The translations under genes and the position numbers were made by a program. Under the pieces are notes generated by a model. It worked only from the letters and a program-made list of their open reading frames with translations, searched no databases and had not been told where the DNA came from. DNA of 33,253 nt, from NCBI GenBank assembly GCA_016703885.1, contig JADJBD010000047.1, positions 1 through 33,253 of the forward strand. Direction: 5' to 3'. This document shows positions 1-8,055 of this stretch, one piece after another; position 1 is the stretch's first letter, and every line of letters begins with the position of its first letter. This stretch comes from Leptospiraceae bacterium. Lineage in GTDB: Bacteria; Spirochaetota; Leptospiria; Leptospirales; Leptospiraceae.

Positions 1-2871
1 ATTTCAACACTCTAAAGAATAACCTCAATTTGGCGATCAATGCGATTAACCAACAAGCAGAGGCAGCAGTTGCCATTTCTGAAGGAAATCTCTCCGTCAA
101 AGTAAATGTTCGCTCTGAAAATGATTTACTCTCAAAGAGTTTAATCACTGTTATGCAAGTCTTGCAAGCCTTACAAAAAGAATTACTTCGTCTTACAGAA
201 GCCTCTAAAGCAGGTATGTTAGATGAAAGAGGAAAACCAGAACAATTCAAAGGTGCCTATGCAGATGTTTTAATTGGCGTAAACACAATGCTCGATGCGA
301 TTCTAATTCCAATAGGGGAAGGAAATAGAGTATTAAGACTTATTAGAGGCGGAAATCTTCGCGAAAGAATGGAGATTGAATGTCGTGGTGATCATCAAAA
401 GATGAAAGATGCAGTGAACGGGGTTCATTTGTGGCTAACAGATCTTGTAGCCTATGTAAATAAGATATCTAACGGTGATTTGACTGCAACAATGAACAAA
501 GCTTCCGAACAAGATCAAATTCATGAGTGGTTGATGCTAATGAAGAATAACATTGGCAACCTCGTCTCTGATGCTGGTATGCTTTCAAAAGCAGTAGAAG
601 GTAAGCTTGCAACACGTGCTGATGCTACTAAACACCAAGGTGACTATCGTAGAATTGTAGAAGGGGTTAATCAGACGTTAGACTCGGTAATCGGTCCTCT
701 TAACGTTGCTGCTGATTATGTTGATAAAATTTCTCGTGGAGCAATTCCTGCTAAGATTTCCGATACTTACAATGGTGACTTCAATGTTATCAAGAACAAC
801 TTAAACAATGCGATTGATAATGTAAACCCACTTGTGGCTGATGCTGGTATGCTCGCGAAAGCGGCTATTGAAGGTAAGCTCGCAACCCGTGCGGATGCAA
901 CTAAACACCAAGGCGACTATCGTAAGATTGTGGAAGGGGTTAATCAGACGTTAGACTCTGTGATTGGTCCTCTCAATGTTGCCGCGGATTATGTAGATAA
1001 AATTTCCCGTGGTGCTATTCCTGCTAAGATTACCGACACTTACAACGGTGACTTCAACGTTCTAAAGAACAACTTAAACAATGCAATTGATAATGTAAAC
1101 GCACTTGTGGCTGATGCCGGTATGCTTGCGAAAGCAGCAGTAGAAGGTAAACTTGCAACTCGTGCTGATGCTACTAAACACCAAGGCGACTATCGTAAGA
1201 TTGTAGAAGGGGTTAATCAGACGTTAGACTCTGTTATCAATCCTCTCAACGTTGCCGCTGATTATGTAGATAAAATTTCCCGCGGGGCTATTCCGACTAA
1301 GATTACGGATACTTACAATGGAGACTTCAACATACTAAAGAACAGCAAACAACGCAATTGATAATGTAAACGCTCTTGTGGCTGACGCTGGAATGCTTGC
1401 GAAAGCGGCTAGTGAAGGTAAGCTTGCAACACGTGCTGATGCAACCAAACACCAGGGAGACTATCGTAAGATCGTGGAAGGGGTTAATCAGACGTTAGAC
1501 TCTGTGATTGGTCCTCTCAATGTTGCGGCAGATTATGTAGATAGAATTTCTCGCGGTGCAATTCCAAATCAAATTACGGATACTTATAATGGGGATTTTA
1601 ACACTCTAAAGAACAACCTTAATCGTTGTATTGAAAACGTAAACGCACTTGTGGCTGATGCCGGTATGCTTGCGAAAGCGGCTATTGACGGTAAGCTTGC
1701 AACACGTGCCGATGCAACTAAACACCAAGGAGATTTCCGTAAGATTGTAGATGGGGTTAACAACACATTAGACGCTGTTATCCTTCCAGTGCAAGAAGCT
1801 TCCGCAGTGTTGCTAGAATTGTCTAAAGGAAACTTAAAAGCTAGAATGCTCGGTGATTACAAGGGAGATCATGCTACTATTAAGACTGCTCTTAATACAA
1901 GTCTGGTAACGTTAAACGATTATGTGGGGGAAATTTCGCGTATCCTCTCTTCTATGTCAGCAGGTGACTTAACTGTTGAAGTAACAAAAGACTTTATGGG
2001 AGATTTTGCTGAAATTAAAAAAGCGTTCACTCTCATCGTTGATTCCTTCAATGAACTCATTGGTGAAATCATCAACGCTTCGGATCAAATCCTCATTAGC
2101 TCTAGACAAGTGGCTGACTCCAGTCAATCTCTCTCGCAAGGATCAAACGAACAAGCTAGTAGCGTAGAAGAGATTACTTCAACGCTAGCAGTAATCGAAC
2201 TCAAAGCTAAGGATAATGCGAAGAATGCGAAGGACGCAAGTGACCAAGCTATGAACGTGAAAGAGCAAGCAGTCTCTAGTAATAACGAAATGAAGGGAAT
2301 GCTCAAAGCGATGGAAGAAATCAGTGAAACATCTGAAAACATTGCGAAGATTATAAAAGAAATAGATGCAATCGCATTCCAAACAAACATACTCGCATTA
2401 AATGCTGCAGTGGAAGCTGCCCGTGCAGGTCAACATGGAAAAGGCTTTAACGTGGTTGCCGAAGAAGTTCGTAACCTTGCTTCTCGTAGCGCGAATGCAG
2501 CGAAAGAAACCACTAAGATGATTGAAGGCTCGATTAAAACAGTTCGTTCTGGTATGGACATTGCGGGAAGAACTGCAAACGAATTGAATAAGATGACAGC
2601 TGGTGTTGTAGATGTTACAGATCTCGTGAAAGACATTGCGAGTGCATCGATTGAGCAGTCTTCGTCGGTAGTAGAGACTACAACCGGTATCAATCAGATT
2701 TCACAGGTGACAATGAGTGCAGCAGCTACAGCAGAAGAAAGCTCAGCAGCTAGTCTTGAGTTGTCTAGCCAAGCAGAAGCGTTCCAGGCAATGGTGAAGA
2801 GATTTCAAATTAAGAAATCAAAAGATGATAAAAGAAGAGACCAACAATCATGGCGGAAAGAAAAAAATTGA
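1..2871 (+). CDS. mcp: Methyl-accepting chemotaxis protein with poly-HAMP array, 5'-partial (continues upstream of the window). Frame is broken near 1341-1356, giving fragments 1..1361 and 1378..2871
   Basis: The frame is open from nt 3 ([10 protein letters not shown]...). Repeated ~90-aa HAMP-pair units ([86 protein letters not shown]). C-terminal MCP signalling domain [47 protein letters not shown]. In unit 3, the sequence aacaacttaaacaatgc found in sister units reads aacagcaaacaacgc, a net -2 nt, which gives a stop at 1359-1361. Confidence 0.8.
561..1790 (+). repeat. Tandem 270-273 bp coding repeats (HAMP-pair units) inside the MCP gene. Unit starts are at about 561, 831, 1104, 1375 and 1648, with more diverged units upstream
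   Basis: Direct comparison of the units shows roughly 85-90% nt identity and near-identical protein. Periods are 270, 273, 271 (the frameshifted unit) and 273 nt. Confidence 0.85.
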
Positions 2872-2893
2872 TTTGAAGTAAGGAGTAAAGTGT

Positions 2894-3382
2894 ATGGCAA
2901 CGACATTTGAAGAAGAACAATTAGAAGAATCTGAAGATACTATGGAGGATCTCTATATCATCTTTTTCATCGATGGAAGAGAGTATGGTATAGAGATTCG
3001 TTACTTGATTGAAATCATTGCGTTTCAACCTGTGACTTTTGTTCCAAACTTACCAGAATATGTTAAGGGAGTAATCAACCTTCGAGGGAAGATTATTCCC
3101 GTCATTGATGTGCGGCTAAGATTCGGTTTACCCAAGATAGACTATACCGAATTCACCTGCATATTGATTATGAATTTTAACAATCTAAGTGCAGGGCTTA
3201 TCGTCGATGGAGTCAAAGAAGTTTTAAAAATTCCAAAAGATTGTATTGAGCCCTCACCAGGATTTGAAGAAGCAAATATGGAGCGATTCGTCGATTCCAT
3301 TGGAAAGTCAGGCGATACATTGAAAATATTGATCGACCTGAATAAGTTTATTCATGAGAAAGATGTAAAAGGAATTGCTTAG
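2894..3382 (+). CDS. cheW: Chemotaxis coupling protein CheW
   Basis: 162 aa with a GGAG RBS 8 nt upstream. The CheW-like domain is recognisable (FFIDGREYGIEIRYLIEII, VINLRGKIIPVIDVR). It sits between the MCP and cheA. Confidence 0.85.
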   Translation: MATTFEEEQLEESEDTMEDLYIIFFIDGREYGIEIRYLIEIIAFQPVTFVPNLPEYVKGVINLRGKIIPVIDVRLRFGLPKIDYTEFTCILIMNFNNLSAGLIVDGVKEVLKIPKDCIEPSPGFEEANMERFVDSIGKSGDTLKILIDLNKFIHEKDVKGIA

Positions 3383-3390
3383 GTTCTACA

Positions 3391-5273
3391 ATGCTTGGAG
3401 AAAATGAACTTTCAGACCTTGTGCTTGATTCACAAGAGATATTGGATAAAGCAGAAGCAATTCTGATCCAATTAGAAAAAAGTTTATCCGAATCAGCGGT
3501 TGACGCAGATAAGGTAAATTCATTATTCCGCTATTTCCATACGCTCAAAGGAAATGCGGGATTTTTCAATTTCAATGTGATAGTAAACCTATCGCATTCA
3601 GCAGAATCATTATTAGAGATTGTAAGAAATGACAATTCTCTTCTTGATCAAAAAATGATTCAGCTCTTCATGGAAGCAAGAGATACTCTATACGAAATAT
3701 TCACAAATTTAAACGAAAACAAAACAGATACAATGTATAAAGAGAAGGCGGATACTTTAATCCCCCGACTCTTCTATATAAAAGAAAATCTAAAAGCAGA
3801 GTCTTCAGAGCCAAAGAAAGAAGAGCCTAGGTTTGGAATCTTTAAAAAGAAAATTGTGCTTTCTGATACTCCAATAACAGAAGAGGATAATAAAAGGAGT
3901 TGCCAGTTTCGAATGAACCTGCCCCTACTCCGGAAAATTCAGAAACAGATAAGCCTGAAAAACCTTTTACAGAGAAAATCACTCAGGAAAATCCTGTTTT
4001 AGAAAAAAAGATTCAAAATACTATAGAGGCAAATAACGGTAATTCGAATGGACAAGCTACAGTAAAAAGAGACATTCGAATCGAAACAGAGAAATTAGAT
4101 TACCTACTAGACATGATTGGTGAGCTAGTGATAGCTGAATCTCTTGTAACTCAAAATCCAGACATCAAAGAACTAGATCTTCCGAACTTTTCTATTCAAT
4201 CTTCCTATTTACGTAAAGTAGTCCGTAATCTACAAGAAGTATCCTTGCAGCTAAGGATGATTACCCTCGAAGGTTTGTTTAATAAAATGGAACGACTTGT
4301 TCGAGACTTAGCACAAAAAACAGGAAAGAAAGTGGGTCTTCAAGTTACGGGAAAAGAAACAGAAATTGATAAGAATGCCCTTGAAATATTAACAGATCCA
4401 CTAGTTCATATTATCCGCAACTGTATCGATCATGGACTGGAAACAGGCAAAGAGAGATTAGCCAAGGGCAAAGCAGAATCCGGACATATCAAGATTGAAG
4501 CAATGCATTCAGGAAATGAAGTATGGATTATAATTTCTGATGATGGTGCTGGTTTAGATAGAGATAGAATTTTGAAAAAAGCAATGGCTCGCGGATTAAT
4601 CAAAGAAGGAGAAGACGAAAATCTAAAAGACGAAAGAATTTGGGATTTTATTTTTCAACCTGGATTCTCGACTAGTGATAGAGTAACTGATATTTCAGGA
4701 CGCGGAGTAGGACTTGATATAGTTCGCAGAAATATAGCAAAGATCAACGGCGATGTTGAAATCAAGACGAAGAAAGACCAGGGAGCATCCTTCATTCTAA
4801 AGCTACCTCTTACAATTGCTATCATTGAAGGTATGGTGGTAATCTACAACGGGGTATTCTATATTATCCCCACAATAGACGTAAAAGAAACACTGAATTT
4901 GGCAGAATCGAAAATCGACTATATCGATCAGGACAAAAAAGTAATTCGCTTCCGAGAGCAGCTAATACCCGTTGTCTCCGTAGAGAGATTACTCAATCAC
5001 GATTCAAGTGACAAGGACTCTAACTACGAAAATTCTTTATATGTAATTATTGTGGAGTATAAGAATAATTCGCTAGCCCTAGTATTTGATGGAATTGTAG
5101 GAAATCAATCGGTTGTAATTAAACCAATTCCAGATTATTTAAAAGGAACAAAGGGCTTTTCAGGTTGCACAATCCTGGGAAGTGGGAATATTGGAATGAT
5201 TCTAGACATTAGATTCTTTATTAATAATTACTACAAGGAAAACAAAGAATCCGAAGCAGCACATGGACAATAA
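3391..5273 (+). CDS. cheA: Chemotaxis histidine kinase CheA, interrupted by a 1-nt frameshift in an A-run near 3889-3900 (fragments 3391..4002 Hpt, 3900..5273 dimerisation/HATPase/CheW-like)
   Basis: Hpt/P1 motif FHTLKGNAGFF. Dimerisation region IRIETEKLDYLLDMIGELVIAES. N-box HIIRNCIDHGLE, G1 DDGAGLDRDRI, G2 GRGVGLDIV, and a C-terminal CheW-like domain. The two ORFs overlap around ...aataaaaggagttgcc... Confidence 0.8.
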
Positions 5274-6342
5274 CAAAAAAATTAAAGTATTTATTGTGGA
5301 CGACCAAAGAGTCGTTCGAAATGTTATTCGAAAAATGATAACGACCGATCCGCGCATTGAAGTGGTAGGAGAAGCTTCAAATCCTTTTGAAGCAAGCGAG
5401 CTGATTCCAGAAAAAGAGCCCGATGTTTTAACTCTAGATGTAGAAATGCCTCGCATGGATGGAGTGGAATTTTTGCGAAAGCTTATGCCTCAGTATCCAA
5501 TCCCTGTGATCATGGTAAGTAGCACAACTGAGGAAGGATCAGAGAAAGCAATTTTAGCAATGCAATATGGTGCAGTTGACTTTGTCACAAAGCCAGATGG
5601 TGGAGCGATTACTCTCGAATCAACGCAAGCAGAATTAATTCAAAAGATTAAAACAGCATCTACGATCAATATTGATAGATGGCTCAAGCAATTAAAATAT
5701 AAATCCATGCCACTCATGAATAATCCTATGGCAGGTAAAAATGGAAAGAGTAAATACAATCTTATTGCTATTGGTGCATCAACTGGTGGAGTGACTGCAA
5801 TACGTCAGGTGCTATCTACAGTGCCTAGAGATTTTCCATGCATTGTGATTACTCAGCATATGCCGCCAGGATTTACGGCTACTTTTTCAAAGGGAGTTTC
5901 TAAAGATTTCGGACTTGATGTGCGAGAAGCAAAAGATCAAGATATAATTCAGACAGGAAGAATTTACGTTGCACCAGGAGACTTTCATTTAGTGGTAAAT
6001 AAAAGAAATGGAATTAATCACACGGTTGGCTTAACTCGTGCCGAAAAAGTTAACGGACATAGACCATCGGTGGATGTTCTATTTCATTCCATTGTTGATA
6101 ATAAACTTGCCAGTGAGACAATTGGCGTTATTTTGACAGGCATGGGAATGGACGGAGCAAAAGGGTTACTAGCAATGCGAGAAGCTGGATCGAGAACCAT
6201 TGGCGAAAGTGAACAGTCGGCACTCATATACGGAATGCCGAAAGTTGCTTACGAAATCGGCGGTGTGGAAGAGCAACTTCCCCTTTCTCAAATGGTGAAT
6301 AAGATAAAAAATTATTTAAACTACTCGGGCCAATATGTCTGA
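5263..6342 (+). CDS. cheB: Chemotaxis response regulator protein-glutamate methylesterase CheB
   Basis: N-terminal receiver (KVFIVDDQRVVRN...LTLDVEMPRMDG). Methylesterase domain (IAIGASTGGVTAI, HMPPGFT, GMGMDGAKG). Confidence 0.9.
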   Translation: MDNNKKIKVFIVDDQRVVRNVIRKMITTDPRIEVVGEASNPFEASELIPEKEPDVLTLDVEMPRMDGVEFLRKLMPQYPIPVIMVSSTTEEGSEKAILAMQYGAVDFVTKPDGGAITLESTQAELIQKIKTASTINIDRWLKQLKYKSMPLMNNPMAGKNGKSKYNLIAIGASTGGVTAIRQVLSTVPRDFPCIVITQHMPPGFTATFSKGVSKDFGLDVREAKDQDIIQTGRIYVAPGDFHLVVNKRNGINHTVGLTRAEKVNGHRPSVDVLFHSIVDNKLASETIGVILTGMGMDGAKGLLAMREAGSRTIGESEQSALIYGMPKVAYEIGGVEEQLPLSQMVNKIKNYLNYSGQYV

Positions 6343-6574
6343 TAAAATATTACTCTATACTCAAAACAAAGAAATAACAGAGCAGGTGAAAACCTACGTT
6401 GATGATCTTACTTACGCTTTCAATGTAGCGGATAATATGGATAATCTCACAAATTATCTTAAATCAGATGACACATGGCTCCTTATTTATGATTTTCTTG
6501 ATACGAGTAGTGAAAATCAAAAAAATCTTGGAAATATTCTTTCAGAATATCCATTCAATTGGTTATTCTATTAA
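6335..6574 (+). CDS. Small ORF with a degenerate receiver-like N-terminal half. Probably the N-terminal part of the next gene, separated by a frameshift or overlap at 6559-6574
   Basis: 79 aa. A beta-alpha pattern with a conserved Asp (WLLIYDF) but no acidic pair at beta1. The REC-like fold appears to continue into ORF 6559..7581 (ILLINREEGDKFLQMMENYHVYDIISYP). Confidence 0.4.
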   Translation: MSDKILLYTQNKEITEQVKTYVDDLTYAFNVADNMDNLTNYLKSDDTWLLIYDFLDTSSENQKNLGNILSEYPFNWLFY

Positions 6575-7581
6575 TCAATCGAGAGGAAGGAGACAAGTTT
6601 CTACAAATGATGGAAAACTATCATGTGTATGATATTATCTCCTACCCAATTTATAAATTCAATTTTCATTTTGCGATAACAAAGGCTATCACCTACGGAA
6701 AGGTGATGTCCAAGATTTCTGATTTTAAATCAAACGAGAAACAAGTTTTCGAATCAATGATTAAAGTATTTGATTGGAGAAAAGAACTTGATACTAGAAA
6801 AGTCGAATCTCTTGCAAATGAATTAATACACCAAATCAATATTAGCTTCTTCCATGGAAGTGGTCTCGGATCACTTATTAGCACACTGAGTATTTTATTT
6901 TCAAAAGCTAAATTAGATGAAGAGAAAAAAGTTTACTTAGTTCATGAAAAAATTTATCACCTATTAAAAGACAACTACGACGAAATTCTAAAACTAAGTG
7001 ATAGTTTAACTAAAACACAAGCCATATTAGCGGAAAAGGATTTTTATATAGGGAAATTAACCCTGAAAGATTTCTATGCTGCATTAACCGAAATGGTAAA
7101 AGGTATGAAACCAGTTGCTGGAATTAAAAATCAGAAGATAGTCATGGGTGATTTTCCTAGAGACCTAGCCGGAAGATCAATTACTGCCAGCCCAGAAAAT
7201 TTGAAGCTAGTCTTTGATGAATTACTAACAAATGCAATTAAATACTCGGAAGATGGAGATACAATCTATATTCTATTTTCACATGATAAAACGGATTTTG
7301 GAATCAGAATCCTGAATCCCGCCTACAAGAATTCAGACGGAACAGTGGGGATAACGGAGAGTAATGCGCATAAAATCTTTGAACCATTTTTTCGATTGAC
7401 TAATGTTGTAGATGATAGATTCATGCAGGAAACATTTCGATTTGGTCTGGGTTTGACAGTTGTAAATAAAATTATTGATTTACACAAAGGGAGTATTTCG
7501 TTTTATACAACAGACAATAATATGAGACGAGAAAACAATATGAAAGATGTATGCGTTTGGGTTCGATTTCCAATTTTATAA
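6559..7581 (+). CDS. Histidine-kinase-like ATPase (HATPase_c) protein, possibly an atypical REC-HK hybrid embedded in the che operon
   Basis: N-box LVFDELLTNAIKYSEDGDTIYI, F-box IFEPFFR, G2 GLGLGLTVVNKIIDLHKGSISF. Possible H-box FFHGSGLGSLISTL. TTG start. Confidence 0.65.
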   Translation: MVILLINREEGDKFLQMMENYHVYDIISYPIYKFNFHFAITKAITYGKVMSKISDFKSNEKQVFESMIKVFDWRKELDTRKVESLANELIHQINISFFHGSGLGSLISTLSILFSKAKLDEEKKVYLVHEKIYHLLKDNYDEILKLSDSLTKTQAILAEKDFYIGKLTLKDFYAALTEMVKGMKPVAGIKNQKIVMGDFPRDLAGRSITASPENLKLVFDELLTNAIKYSEDGDTIYILFSHDKTDFGIRILNPAYKNSDGTVGITESNAHKIFEPFFRLTNVVDDRFMQETFRFGLGLTVVNKIIDLHKGSISFYTTDNNMRRENNMKDVCVWVRFPIL

Positions 7582-7599
7582 AAAAGGCAAGGAAGTATT

Positions 7600-7959
7600 A
7601 TGAAAAAAGTTCTTATAGTTGATGATTCTCCAATGGTTTTGAATATAATTGAGACTGCCCTAAGCCTCGAAGATTATGATGTAGTTAGAGCGTCTAATGC
7701 CGATGAGGCGCTAAAAAAAATTGAAGAAGGAAAATTCGATTTTGGAATATTCGACGTAAATATGCCTGGAAAAACTGGAATCGAACTTGTCCCACTAGTT
7801 TTAAAACATCCCAATGGCAAATCAATGAAGATTGTAATTCTGACCACCGAATCTAGTGCCGAAATTCGTAAAAAAGGAGAAGACGCAGGAGCATCTGCCT
7901 GGATGGTAAAACCATTTAAAAATGCTGAAATGATTGACCTGCTAAAACAATTAGAGTAG
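7600..7959 (+). CDS. cheY: Chemotaxis response regulator CheY (single receiver domain)
   Basis: 119 aa. Motifs KVLIVDDSPMV, FDVNMPGKTG, KIVILTTES and a C-terminal K(109) in MVKPF. Confidence 0.85.
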   Translation: MKKVLIVDDSPMVLNIIETALSLEDYDVVRASNADEALKKIEEGKFDFGIFDVNMPGKTGIELVPLVLKHPNGKSMKIVILTTESSAEIRKKGEDAGASAWMVKPFKNAEMIDLLKQLE

Positions 7960-8055
7960 TCACTCAAAGTAAAAAATAAAACGAATATTTTTCTACTTGC
8001 TTGTTCTATTATTCAAATTAAGATTTGCAGAATAAACTATTAGCAGGAGATTTTT

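Noticed and set aside
561-1790. Highly regular ~270-bp tandem repeats that could be mistaken for a CRISPR-like or satellite array
   Set aside because: The units are contiguous with no spacers. They lie in a continuous protein-coding frame and translate to HAMP domains. They are coding repeats inside the MCP gene.
1584-2693. Minus-strand ORFs 1584-1766, 2124-2390, 2185-2382 and 2430-2693 antisense to the MCP gene
   Set aside because: They are embedded in a strongly supported plus-strand gene and have low-complexity, hydrophobic translations. They are artefacts of the repeat-rich, codon-biased opposite strand.
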